The notes beneath the pieces are model-generated. The model did not search any database and was not told where the DNA came from. It saw nothing but the letters and a program-made list of their open reading frames with translations. The position numbers and the translations under genes were made by a program. A stretch of 64,000 bases of DNA from Octopus sinensis (lineage: Eukaryota). This document shows, piece by piece, positions 1 through 12,284 of the stretch. The DNA lies in NCBI RefSeq assembly GCF_006345805.1, contig NC_043015.1:8804001-8868000 (forward strand). The letters are read 5' to 3'. The number at the start of each line of letters is the position of its first letter. Within the stretch, counting starts at the first letter, position 1.

Positions 1-2775
1 AAAGCGTCTGAGCAGGTCTCTGAGGCATTTGCATCCCCGTCTATTCCTATCTCTACCCACGTAGTCTACATGCGTGTCCAAGGTAGCATTCCAATCCCCC
101 ACTAAGAGTAAAGGACGAGACGTTCCCAAGAAAACTTCTAGACGTTGAAGAAATCCGCCCGACCTGTTAAGGGCGGTGCGTAAACTGATACGAGCCGAAA
201 AGCGCACCCATTGCTGCCGTCGACATCCAGGACGACCAGTCTACCCTCCGGGTCTACGAATATTGTCCTTACATTGAGATCCAGACTCTTGTGAAAAAGT
301 ACCGCGGTGCCACTACCGCCCATTCTCGGCAGACAGGGGGAAAAATAAATGTTGAACTGTCCGCCAACATGGTCTTTAGGGCCGCGGATTGTGGAGTCTG
401 GTCTCGCTTATGGCTATGATTTCTAACTTATGTGACTTTATGTCATTTAAGAGGTACCCTTGTTTCCAAGGGGACCCCAAGCCACGCGCATTTACACAAC
501 CAATCTTGATCATAGTTCTAATGAATTAGAATACAGAGGTTACTTACTGCTCGAAAGTTTTTGTTTTTGCTTTCTCCTCCGTTGGTTTGTCCTCGAGAAG
601 ATCCCAGTACAGTTTCTTTGTGAGATATTTTTGGCATTTACCACCACCGCACTGGGGAAAATGCCTTTGAGTGTGTGGTGCAGACTTTTGGAGATGTGTA
701 TTATTTTGATGTGGTCTGGTGGTGTTGTGTATGGTGGTTGTTTGTTTTTATGTCATCTTCTGTTATGTTTGTTTTTGATTGGATGTATTCCATCAAATTT
801 GTGTTTTTGGTGTCTATGGCTGTGAGCATGTTTGCTGTATATGTTTTTGTGGTGTTGGTGTGGCTGTTGTTTGCGTTGGGTTTTGAAATGTCTTCGGGAG
901 ATGTATTTCCCCCTGCTTTGTTCGTGTTTGCATTTGGTTTGGTTGTGTTTCTGCTCTTTATTTTCCTTCTTTTTGTAGCTATTTGCCATTCCTCACTGGT
1001 TTCGTCTTCCGACGAAATTTCTGAGGAATCAGAAGGGGGTAGGGGTATGTTGTGGGCTTCTATGTATGTCTGTGTAAGTGGTTGTGTTGTTGTTTTCGTT
1101 GTTGTTGGTTGTTGAGTGTTTGTGTGTGTTGAGTGCGGTATAAGGGATGGGGATCAGTTTGTGTGTGTTTTTTTTGTTTTTCTGTTCCTTTGGGTTTTGC
1201 TGTTGATGGTAGTGTTGGTATTTTTCAGGTGTCGAGTGGTTTTTGGTTGATGACGGATTAGCTTGGTGTGCTTCTCTTGTCGTCTTCTGTGTTGATGGTG
1301 GTGTGGTAGTAGAGCTTTTTTCCGGAGTGCTTTGGTTGTGGTAGTGGTTGTTGTTGTTGCTCTTGGTGTGCAGTGGTTGGGCACGTCTTTTTCAAGTGTG
1401 TTTCGCTTCCACACAAATAGCAGCGTGGTCGCCTGCCCTCTACCACTATATAGAGTTTGTAGCCTCCTGGCAGTTCTATAGCGGTGGGTATCTTCTCTCT
1501 TGCTGCTTCATCCAATTGAAGCAGGAATTCGATTGATTGCCCACATAGTCTTTCTCTCCTAGAACCGCGATTTCCAGGATGTTTGTCTCTGACATTGTCT
1601 CTGACATTTCAAAGCAGATGGCAGAGACCACACCATTGTGTTTCGACATCAAATGGTATGTTTTTTATTTGGACTTTCGTGACCCTTTTGTTTAAATAGA
1701 CTGGTATCATTACCAAGTCGTCCGAATGTAGCTCCAATGTGGAAAACGTTTTGCTAAACTTTCGTTGAGGAAACGTACTTGGACTGTACCAAATTTGTTT
1801 CCCCAACTGATATATTCCTTGGAGTCCCATACAGGACGAAGGCATTTATCGATTTTTTCCCTGCGGCATTTTCTGTTCTTCTTGTTTTTTTTGTTTATTA
1901 CTTTTATAAATTATGTTTTTTTTTGCGTGTTTTCCACGATGTGTTGTGGAATATGAAGGTGCAATTGTCTCCTTCTTTGGAGAAGAGTGCCTTTGTGCGG
2001 TTTATCTCTTGTGTGGTGAATGTTACAATTGTTCTTTTTTGTTTTGTTACGTCCGCAAAATTCGTTTTGAATTTGGCAGTAGAAGTGTTAATTGTGGCAG
2101 TGTTAATTGAAGTCATGGTAGTGGTGTTGGTGTTGGCGGTATTAGCAGCAGAAGGCTTGGATGTAGCATTTGACGTCGTAGTAGTGGTGTTGGTGTTGGC
2201 GGTGTTGTCTTTGGTAGGCGGCTTTGTGCCAATTTCGTTGTTGTTGTTGTGTGGTGGTGATGGTGGTGGTGCTGGCATTCATGTTTTCGTTGTATTCATT
2301 TTTGAAATCCCTTTCTCTGTCCCTTTATCATCAACAGTGGTGTGGGGAGTGAGGGGAAATCTAAGTTAATGTCTTTGGTCGCGGCGATGGTGAATGCGAC
2401 GTTAGATTTGTTGTTTGTTGTTGTTGGTGGTGGTGATGGTGGTGACAGCGGTGTTCACGCTGCGATGTTTAGCAGCTAGTGGTAGCAATAGTGTTTTGCT
2501 ACCGTTCTGCATGACTGGCGGGCTAGCCACGTGGTTTCTAGTTGCCATTTTCAAAATGAAAAATGGCTAAAAAACCCACGAAAGTTTTGAAAGTTTTTTT
2601 GTAATTTCGCCCATACAGGGGCGGAATTCTACGTGAATAATTCTCAGGTTTTTTAGTGAATGAATTTGCACAACGATTAAAACAAAATATTTGACAACAA
2701 GGAGTTTTAAACATGTAAAAGTGGCCAACTTACTTGGAGCCGATATGACTAGCGTCCGTCCATTGTGATGAGAGA
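1..2775 (-). mobile_element. Tx1/L1-clade LINE copy A (5' UTR, ORF1, start of ORF2); runs off the left edge of the window
   Basis: Bases 1-530 align by eye with 6270-6790, the APE endonuclease region of copy B. ORF 138..323 reads DPEGRLVVLDVDGSNGCAFRLVSVYAP. ORF1 pieces at 1258..1845 include a CCHC knuckle. The 5' end abuts (TATC)n on the element strand. Confidence 0.85.
1258..1845 (-). pseudogene. ORF1 (gag-like) of Tx1 copy A, frameshifted, with CCHC zinc knuckle
   Basis: Translation shows LYIVVEGRRPRCYLCGSETHLKKTCP (C-x2-C-x4-H-x4-C). The upstream piece MIPVYLNKRVTKVQIKNIPFDV resembles the ORF1-like ORF at 41574. Confidence 0.75.
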
Positions 2776-2851
2776 CAGATAGATAGATCTGACAGATAGA
2801 TAGATAGATAGATAGATTGATTGATTGATACATAGATAGATAGATTGATAC

Positions 2852-2900
<49 letters not shown>

Positions 2901-2905
2901 CAGAC

Positions 2906-2978
<73 letters not shown>

Positions 2979-2994
2979 CATAGATAGATAGATT

Positions 2995-3050
<56 letters not shown>
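2776..3050. repeat. (GATA)n microsatellite separating the two Tx1 copies
   Basis: Directly visible GATA array with occasional GACA/GATT variants. Confidence 0.98.
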
Positions 3051-3051
<1 letters not shown>

Positions 3052-3352
3052 CATTTTTATTGTAGCCACACAGGGCTAAACACAGAATAAAAATGGACGA
3101 AATACAATGTAGATTTTTTTCTTTTCGAGGTGGGATGGGTGGGGCAAAAAAAAAAAAAAAAAAAAAACGTTTGATCAATAGAGATCTGTGGGTTGTGTGG
3201 TGTATAAAAAAGCACTAAAATATATATATATAAGGTTCACAGTTTAGGTGTAGCCTTCGAAAGAAAAACCTACAAAAAAGACCAATGTCACCTCAGACAG
3301 TTCGAAACAGAACACATGAGTAAGTCGCCTTACTTCTCGTTGTCTCTTTTGG

Positions 3353-3880
3353 TTACAGATTTATGCTAAAATAGTGTCGTCTTTCATACTGACCATTTTT
3401 GCCACTTTTACCCACTTTTTTTAAAAACATTCGTTCGACAAAGCCTTCATCTATATTCTCATCCTCCTTTTCAAGTGGTACTTGAAAAAGTTGACGAGAG
3501 ACTGACCAGAGAGGAAGATGTTGTTTTTGCAGTCCTTTCAAACGCGTCCACCACACACATTCTTTCGCCATAGCCATCAGCGTAACGAAAACCGTTTCCC
3601 CCTTCCCGTTTAAAGGAGGGTGGTGAATAATATTCAGGACAGACTCGGCCGATAGGCGAGCCTGACCTACACGTGACAACAGCTGTTCGACGAAGGACCA
3701 CAGCTCTGAAATATCTGGACACTGCACGAGTGCGTGCAGAACGGTTTCGTCGCTCTGACCGCATCTCGGGCAGGTCGGTCCGGTGATGGTTTTTCGAACC
3801 GTGTCTGTAGCTCTTCTCTCGAACAGGTAGTGCGTCTCGATAGCACTGACAAGCCAGGGATTTCTGGAAGTTATCCATAG
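3353..3880 (-). pseudogene. C-terminal cysteine-rich (zf-RVT-like) region of LINE ORF2
   Basis: The minus strand translates to CPRCGQSDETVLHALVQCPDISELW (CxxC...HxxxxC). Stop codon at 3353-3355. Confidence 0.8.
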
Positions 3881-4251
3881 GCCCCGGCCCGAACGTCGTC
3901 CTGAACAGGCGGGTTGGAATTCCTCGTCGACGCCCAGGTTTGCCCCGAGTGTGTCGTCGGACCTCCCCTACACTAGTCCTCTATAGAACGCTTTAGTCGT
4001 TTGGAAGTTGCACAAGTTTGACCCCGGTCGGCAGAGCTGCTGTAGAGCTTGGCGACACTCTCGGTGCCAATCGCCCAGTTTCGGTCTCTTTTTGATCCAC
4101 GTTTGCAGTTCGGTCAGTGAGACGAGCTGCGGGAAGTCGTGCCTCACAAACGGCGCCCACACCTGTTCACCGTGGTCGATGAATTTCCAGAGATGTCGCA
4201 GTCTCAGCGCATGCCTGCGCATCATCAACCACGGCATGCCCAGTCCTCCAT

Positions 4252-5388
4252 TCAACGGATGTTGACAGCAAATGACTTCCTCACCATCGGAACGCCACCC
4301 TTCCACAGGAAGCGGAAGAGTATGCGTTCCAGTTTGGTGATGGTGGCGTCGGGACAAGGTACGACGGTCAGGCGGTAATCGATGACGGATGCGATGTACG
4401 CGTTCGCCACCTCCGCCCGGCCTTTTAGAGACAGCTTTCTCTCTGCCCATGTTTGGCTGAGAGCGACCACTCTACTCGTGATCTCGTCCCAGTTCTTATT
4501 CATTTGGAGGTCCGGACTGAACGAGACCCCGAGCAATTTAACCGGTCCGTCCGTCCAGCGTCCCACTACTGAGCCGCAGTCGGACGGCATGGGCTTGCTT
4601 CTCCAGGTGCCAAGTAGCAAACCCACTGACTTTTCCGGGTTAATCTTTGCTCCCGTCACCGTTTCATATTTTCTTAGTGTCTCGCCGACCAGTTCGATGT
4701 GCTGGTAGCTCGACACTATGACGGTGACATCGTCCGCATATGCCGACACGCTCGTCCCGCAACCCAGTTCCCGTGGGATGCCCCTCAGTGTCGCCAGCTT
4801 CCGCAGTAGCGGCTCGAGAGTCAATACATACAGAAGCGCCGACAGGGGACACCCCTGACGGACCGAACGCGTGATGTCAAACAGTTTCGACAGGTGACCG
4901 TTCACCCGAATCACCGATCGGATGCCGCTATACAAGGCAGCGATCCAACCGCGGAAGTCGGGACCGAAGCCAGCCGCCCTGAGGACGGCCGCCAAGTACC
5001 GATGGTCGACCCTATCGAAGGCTTTAGACTGATCCAAATTTATCAGCGCCCCACCCATGCCAGGATCCTTAACTACCCTGTCCACAATGTAGCGCATCAG
5101 ATGGAGGTTGTCATGTATGGTTCTGCCCGGCACGGCGCATGTTTGCGCCCTGTCGACCAGTTTACCAATGACAAGCGCCAACCTCTCGGCTATTACTTTG
5201 GCCAAAATTTTCAAATCTGCGTTGAGCAGAGTGATGGGCCTGAAATTATGTATAAAATTCCCTTGTTTGAGTCTTTCTTCAGCAACGTCACTGCACCTCG
5301 GCTCACGAAACCGGGGATTCTCCCGTTTTGTTGCCAGTTGCAGTAGATTGATGCTAAGAGGTCGCCAAACAAGTCTGGCATTCGACAA
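4252..5388 (-). CDS. Reverse transcriptase domain of LINE ORF2 (L1/Tx1 type)
   Basis: Motifs NFRPITLLNADLKILAK, LDQSKAFDRV, RQGCPLS and catalytic YADD. The N-terminal part (PGLDGLPYELY) is in the overlapping frame 5211..5456, implying a frameshift. Confidence 0.95.
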   Translation of the reverse strand: MSNARLVWRPLSINLLQLATKRENPRFREPRCSDVAEERLKQGNFIHNFRPITLLNADLKILAKVIAERLALVIGKLVDRAQTCAVPGRTIHDNLHLMRYIVDRVVKDPGMGGALINLDQSKAFDRVDHRYLAAVLRAAGFGPDFRGWIAALYSGIRSVIRVNGHLSKLFDITRSVRQGCPLSALLYVLTLEPLLRKLATLRGIPRELGCGTSVSAYADDVTVIVSSYQHIELVGETLRKYETVTGAKINPEKSVGLLLGTWRSKPMPSDCGSVVGRWTDGPVKLLGVSFSPDLQMNKNWDEITSRVVALSQTWAERKLSLKGRAEVANAYIASVIDYRLTVVPCPDATITKLERILFRFLWKGGVPMVRKSFAVNIR

Positions 5389-5972
5389 TACAGCTCGTAG
5401 GGTAAACCATCCAATCCAGGCGACTTATCCCTCGCGCAGCCCGCCATCGCATCCACACGTCAGCAGCTGTGATGGGACTTCACAACACTCCGCCTCTCTT
5501 GCCGAGAGCCCCGGCAGGTCGGTCAGGTAGGCACTGAAATCCATCCCTCGTTCCGACCCACCACTCGCACCAAACAGTCGAGCAAAGTGTGCTGTTGAAA
5601 GGCCTCACACATCCTTTCAGGTTCGAGTAAACTGCATCCCTGTTGATCTATTAGAGACCGAATGGTCGATCTGTTGCCACGCTGCGCCTCCGCTACCCGG
5701 GCCTCTCGCGCAGCTTCAATCCCTTCGTTCCTTAAGGCACGCATTTTAGCTCTGACGACGCAACCTTCGTGCTTGGCGTTGAGGTGGGTCGAGGGCCATC
5801 CGCGCAGCTAGCACGTTGTTGCGCTGCCAGTGGTAAGTGCCTCTTCTAGTTTCTTAACTAAGTCTCCCTCTACTCTATTTCGTTCTATCGCTAATTCCTT
5901 GCTAAACCTAATTGATTCCGATTATTGCCATTTTCAGGGCGTACCACCAGCGGTTGTTAACGACCGCTCCCG

Positions 5973-6791
5973 TCAGCGCCCTTTAATTAACTCGCTAATC
6001 CGGTTCCTGTAAACCTGTCGCGCTAACAGCGACGCGTTCAGTTTCCAGTAACCGGGACCCTGCCTATGTGTTTTATCTAAGTCGAGCGTACACGTAGCAA
6101 ATTTGTGATCTGTGTAGCTGACTATTTTAAATTGTGGACATCCTACACTCTCCCTATCTGCTGTCCTGCATAGAATTCTATCTAGATAAGATCTCGACGA
6201 TCCGACGCGGTTTGTCCAAGTCCACGTTGGCACGTTCGGATGGTCGAGTCGGAACCTGTCAGACAAATGGAAACGTCTGAGCAGGTCTTTGAGGCTCTTA
6301 CACCCCCTTCTATTCCTATCCCTTCCCATATAATCTAGATGCGTGTCCAAGGTAGCGTTCCAATCTCCTACTAACAGTAAAGGTCTAGACGTACCCAGGA
6401 AAACCTCTAGACTTCTGAAGAAATCCGCCCGACCCGTTAAGGACGGTGCATAAACTGCCATCAGACGGAATGCACACCCATTTCTGCCATCCACGTCCAA
6501 GACAACCAGCCTACCCTCCGGGTCTAGGAATATTGCTCTTACTTTTACCTTTAGACTCTTTCGAAAAAGCACCGCAGTACCCACCACCCATGTTCGGCAG
6601 ACAGGAGAAAAAATAATGTCAAATTGATTGCCAAACATGGACTCGAGGGCCCGCGGCTTACTGAGTCTGGTTTCGCTGATAGCTACTATATCCAGGTCCA
6701 GTGACTTGATGTCGTTTAGAAGGTAACCTTGCTTCCAAGCCGACGCCAAGCCACGCGCATTCACACAACCTAATTTAAGCATACTTGACAT
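5973..6791 (-). CDS. Apurinic-like endonuclease domain of LINE ORF2
   Basis: APE motifs NARGL, ISETR, GDWNA, YLDRI and YTDH are present in the 272-aa ORF. Confidence 0.93.
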   Translation of the reverse strand: MSSMLKLGCVNARGLASAWKQGYLLNDIKSLDLDIVAISETRLSKPRALESMFGNQFDIIFSPVCRTWVVGTAVLFRKSLKVKVRAIFLDPEGRLVVLDVDGRNGCAFRLMAVYAPSLTGRADFFRSLEVFLGTSRPLLLVGDWNATLDTHLDYMGRDRNRRGCKSLKDLLRRFHLSDRFRLDHPNVPTWTWTNRVGSSRSYLDRILCRTADRESVGCPQFKIVSYTDHKFATCTLDLDKTHRQGPGYWKLNASLLARQVYRNRISELIKGR

Positions 6792-7501
6792 TTACGAAAA
6801 TTGTGTTTTACACACTATATTAGAAGAGACAAGAGGCAAGAAGTGAGGTCACTTACTCATTTTAAAAGTTTCTTTTTTCTTCTTCTTCTTTTGTATCGTT
6901 TTTGATGAAATGTTTGTATAGTTTTTTCGACAGGTATCGTTGATACCCGCCTACCGCATTCGGAAATAATGTTTTCAGTATGTGGTGTTGTGCTTGTGTT
7001 ATGTGTAAAATTCTGATGTGTTTCGGTGGTGTGGTGTGCGGATGATTGTTTGTCTTAAAATCATCTTCACAGACGACCATGTTAGATTTGATGTAGTCCA
7101 TTAATTCTTTATTGGCTGTGTCTATTGCAGTTAGTTGTGTGTGTGGTTTTACGGGTTCATTACTTTTTTGATTGTCTAGGGGAATATTGTCCTGAGTGAG
7201 ATATCTCCCTGCTTTAATTCCTTGTTTGGTGGATTTTTTGGATCTTTTTCTTTTACCCCCTGTGGCTATTTGCCATTCCGTCGAACTTTCGTCGTCCGAG
7301 GTATCAGTATGGGGTAGAGGAAAAAGAACAGGATCACTATGTATGCTTGTATAAATTGTTGATGTTTTGGCGGTGTTTGTGTTGTTGGTGTTAGGGGTAG
7401 CATTTCTCTTCTCGTCAGTGTTTTCTGTCTTTTTAATTGTCGTCCTGGGTGTGGGTGTGGGTCGATTTTTTGAAGATTTAACAGGTTAATTGGTTGTGAC
7501 G

Positions 7502-7916
7502 TCAACGGTGATTGTGTTGGTACTGTTTTTCTTGGTGATGTTGTTGGGGTTTGTTTTCTGGTTGTTGTTTTTCTTGGCGTTGTTCCATAATTGAGTGTGT
7601 TGGTGTTGGTGTTGGCAACAAAGGGATTTTATTTGTTTTCTGAATTGTCTTTCTTGTTTTTTCTGTACCAGATCGCACTTGGCAATCAATGTTCGGGGCT
7701 GCCACATTTGTAGCATCTAGGCTTTTTGCCTTCTGCCATAACATATAGGCATTGCCCATTCTCCAAGTATATCTTGTCGGGTAGGCTCTCGATAGAGGCC
7801 CCCTCAATCTGGATGGTCACAACTACTGTTTTTCCACCCCAATTGTCGTTTAGGTACACGGCTGTTTCTAGAATATGATCTTTTTCAAGTGGTAACAGAT
7901 TGCCCCTGTTATCCAT
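7502..7916 (-). pseudogene. ORF1 remnant of Tx1 copy B with zinc knuckle
   Basis: LYVMAEGKKPRCYKCGSPEH is homologous to the knuckle region of copy A. Confidence 0.7.
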
Positions 7917-8916
7917 TTGTTCGGCATATCGGGGGGTACATTTCTGATAGTAATTCTACTCACCTCTGGTTTTTATAATAAGGGACCATGATGATTTCAT
8001 CATTTCCCAGAGACTCAGTAGAGTGAGCTTTTGCACTTCCTGGTTAGGAAGCGGACCACTACTGTGTTAAACTGGGGACCCCAGTTTATATACTCTTTTT
8101 CTTTCATTATGTTTTTTAAACATTTCTCCACATCAGTTTTTGTAATCTGTTCATTTGGTTTTTGTTTTTTCTAATAATTTTATATACAATTGTCTTATTT
8201 TCAATTTCTTGTTTTATATGTTGAGGTGTATGCAGGACTAAATCTTGTCCACGGGTTGTAAAGAGAGCTCTTGTTCTATGAGCTCTTCATTTGTGAATGT
8301 AACAATCTCCTTTTTCTGGCGAAAAATATCTGCGAAATTTACTGTTGTTGATTTTTTTGTATTGGCATCTTCACTATTAGATATTCATTTTTATTGTTGT
8401 TCTGTTGTTGCTGTTGTTTTTGTCAATAGTTTTCGTTTCAGTTTTATTTTTATCATTTATGTTGGTCGTGGTAGTGGTGGTGGTGGTGGTGGAGGTGGTG
8501 GTGGTAGCAGGTTGTGTCTCGTGGTTGCCTGTTGTAGTGGTGGTGGTGGCGTGGTGACAGGGCTGTTAACGCACGTGGTTGCAGCGTTCCTTCACCGAAT
8601 TTCACGTTGGCATTTTCCGTGCGAACGTTCTTTTTTTTCTCTGTCGTTTCCAGACTAGGAAAATTTTGTTCCATAAAAGAACGCGACCAGCGTTCAACAA
8701 TAAAATTTCTAGACATTTTCTAATGTCGAGAAGAAAATAACAGAAATGAAATGGGGTCGAAACTGCCCCTAGGGGCGAATTCCTCCCTTGGAAAAGCACT
8801 CAAATGAAAGTTGGTTGCCTTACACACCTTATTTGCAAAAATCTACACAAAAATTGGCCTATAAATAGTCAAAATAAATGATTACCTTCGAAGCTGAAAC
8901 CACATTACATCCGTCA

Positions 8917-8944
8917 ATAGATAGATAGATAGATAGATTGATAC

Positions 8945-8994
<50 letters not shown>

Positions 8995-9050
8995 TGATAG
9001 ATAGATAGATAGTTGATAGATAGATATATAGATAGATAGATAGATAGATC

Positions 9051-9107
<57 letters not shown>

Positions 9108-9165
9108 GTAGATAGATATAGAGAGAGATAGAAAGATAGATAGGTAGATAAATAGATATATTCAC
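8917..9165. repeat. (GATA)n microsatellite at the 5' flank of Tx1 copy B
   Basis: Directly visible. Confidence 0.97.
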
Positions 9166-9479
9166 AGATAGCTAGATACGCACATATATACGTAAATATA
9201 CACATCCGTGCATGCATATATACGTACATACACACATACGTAAATAGGAATGTATGAAGACACACGCCTCCAGGGTTTGACACACCCGACGAGGCAATTT
9301 GCATTTCAGTTTGAACGCAGATTTATTAATGTAATTTGCATAATTTTATGGGATCTCTATATGTACCTTGTCAGTACACCTGTCTTATCTGATCAACCGA
9401 ATTTCGTTATTGCTTTATTTTCTGGTTCCTTCAGTCTCCTAAAAGAAGGAGATTGTTTTTACATTTATCTCTGTCCGTT

Positions 9480-9812
<333 letters not shown>

Positions 9813-9819
9813 CTGTCTA

Positions 9820-9857
9820 TCTTTCTGTTGAAGAGCGTAGGCTCGAAACGTTAAAGA
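9820..9857 (+). ncRNA. Candidate minimal type I hammerhead ribozyme variant (CUGUUGA core) at the end of a ~140-bp dispersed repeat
   Basis: TCTTT-CTGTTGA-A-GAGC(GTAG)GCTC-GAAA-CGT-T-AAAGA: 5-bp stem I, 4-bp stem II and palindromic ACGT stem III. A6 is changed to U relative to the canonical core. Confidence 0.45.
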
Positions 9858-10002
9858 CTTGTTTTATTTATATTTCCTGAGCGCCATACTAATACAATTG
9901 TTCGTTTGTTTTCCACCTGCCTTCGTCTTTTGTTTATTTTCATAAAGCTTCCCGTTATATATATATATAGTTTATTTAAAAGCATCAGACATTCAACCAA
10001 AC

Positions 10003-10090
10003 CTGTTACTCGGAGCCTCACGTTCCCGTTCGTCGGACATTTTTGTTAAAAACAGTCCGACGAACGGGGACTTGAAACTCCGAGTAACAG
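10003..10090. repeat. Near-perfect ~88-bp inverted repeat (hairpin)
   Basis: CTGTTACTCGGAG pairs with CTCCGAGTAACAG (13 bp), and CCCGTTCGTCGGAC pairs with GTCCGACGAACGGG (14 bp), around a ~16-nt loop. Confidence 0.9.
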
Positions 10091-10136
10091 CACATTACTC
10101 TACCCCTGGTATTTCAGTACTCTTTTTTCCGCCTTG

Positions 10137-10175
<39 letters not shown>

Positions 10176-11691
10176 GTTCTTTCTTTATTTACTTCTCTCG
10201 TTTTCTGTCTCTTCTATATCTACTTCCGCTACCCCTTCATTAAGAACCGCTTTACTATATAGAATATTCTGTTAATACAGAAATATCATTGGTTAAATCG
10301 GGATGTACAACTTGATGTGGCGACCGGTTCATTATACTCTGTGACATAAACCACAACCTGAATAACACAGGTCAATAGTTTATATTTTATTTATATAATG
10401 ATTTATACATTTATTTAATTTCTCCGATTCCTTAACCTTGTCAAACCGCTTGCATATAAAATCATACGTAAGTGATCGAAAATTAGAGATCAATATTGCA
10501 TCACATATTTGTGCAAATTACCTCCACTAGCCATATTCGTAATTATTATAGCGATGATAGTGATAATATGCATGCTGCTGACAATGATAATGATCATCAG
10601 AATAAAATATGAAATAGCAACAAAAAGAAAGAAGAACAATATTATTTAAACAATATTATTTAAAATGGTGATATTACAATGCAAAAGAATATAAATACTT
10701 ATAGCTAATAAGCGAACAATTACTTGCCTCTTTTGTCATTTCTTTGCTTCTAGAATATTCTGAAGGACATTGCAAAACGTATTATCATCTAGAATGAATG
10801 AAAGAATATAATAATAAATAAATAAAAAAACTATTGCGAAATTAGTTCCGTTACGGCTTTTTAGCAGCTAAGGTGACTTAATCAACTTAATTGTGTAGGT
10901 CGATTTAACCACAGCAAATCGCACGCACGCCTCTATTACCACACACACACAACAACATACACACACACACAACAACAACAACATACACATCAACACACAC
11001 AGCAACTCACACATGCACTCACAAGCGCAGTTGCCTATACACACACAAACACATATATATATATATGTTTATACGTGTGTATGTGCGTGCGTACGTGTAT
11101 ATATATATATCTATAAATGTGTGTGTGCTTGTCTGCTTGTGTATGCCTGTGTATGCATTATAAGTAGAAGATTTCTAATAACACATGCACACACTTACAC
11201 ACACACACACACACACATATAAATATATATATATGTATATATATATATATACATAGCCATTTCTAAGAACGATAGCCAGTTAATCAAAGAAAGTAATTCG
11301 CACTCTAAGCTTATCGTGTAGTAAAAAATAAAGTAAAACACAATACCCCTGTATATAATGATATCAAAGTCAATTAATTGTATAGTTAATTATATCCTCT
11401 TTCTGGTTCAATACTTAGTAATTACTGCTTGTTAAAGAAGTGTGCATATTTGCCGAAGTGAATATATCGGTGTGTGCTTGTGTATGACAGTTTCTTTTCA
11501 ATACGGATCTGTTAGTATTCTGAACAGTCTGTGTATCATAATATATAAAGAAAAAAAACTGGAAATGTGAGAATAAATTTCTCCATGGTCGATATTTTGA
11601 TTAAACATGCTAGTTAACGAATTAATTGCAGGGGTAGGAAACTTAAAGAGCAAAGTATAAGATAGAACGATGCACACACACACAAACACAT

Positions 11692-11730
<39 letters not shown>

Positions 11731-11741
11731 CACGCACATAT

Positions 11742-11801
<60 letters not shown>

Positions 11802-12284
11802 GCGTGTGTACGGGAACATTGTAGTGTTTCAAAAGAACAATGAAAGCATCTTTTATCCGATCTCTTCTATTAAGAAATCTATACAATATCTTCTTCCATC
11901 GAATTCAAGAGTGGTATCAGAAGTGACAGTATGTGTTGGCATTGCTGCTACTATCTTAACATAATAATTCTTTCAAATTTTGACAGCAGAAAATGTGGGT
12001 TTTTTGGGGGGTGGGGGACAAGTGTTAGTTGATTACATGCAAACCACTACTTTGCTTGTACGTATTTTATTAAATCTGAAAGTGAAGAATGCAATGTTGA
12101 CATACGAGGTGTTCAAACTGAAAATGCAAAGGGTCAAATGAAAAGTTGTTAAACATTTTATCCGACAGCAGTAAAGATTCAATTACACGTACAAAACCAT
12201 AATAAAGCTTTCTATTAGAGGCACAAATGCTGAAATTCTATCGTGTAGGGTAAAGTTGATGACGTTTACTCTAGTGCTTGATAG

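Larger units (their letters stand above)
3051..8917 (-). mobile_element. Tx1/L1-clade LINE copy B, apparently full length (~5.9 kb), ORF2 disrupted by frameshifts
   Basis: ORF1 remnant with knuckle (7502-7916), then APE (5973-6791), RT (4252-5388) and a C-terminal zinc finger (3353-3880). The 3' end reads CAATAAAAATGT followed by (TATC)n on the minus strand. Confidence 0.92.

Noticed and set aside
460-2369. Hydrophobic plus-strand ORFs (460..825, 675..1115, 1779..2369)
   Set aside because: They are antisense shadows of the A/C-rich ORF1 region of the Tx1 element and are not membrane proteins.
2567-3178. Long ORFs rich in IYLS (also 8882-9304 and 9250-9880)
   Set aside because: They are translations of (TATC)n microsatellites, which lack stops in these frames.
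9297-9341. Two octamer motifs (ATTTGCAT) 37 bp apart
   Set aside because: They are expected by chance in very AT-rich DNA, and no snRNA or other gene is nearby.
10519-10540. Possible start exon ATGGCTAGTGGAG|GTAATT on the minus strand
   Set aside because: It is too short to distinguish from chance, and I could not link it to a downstream in-frame exon.
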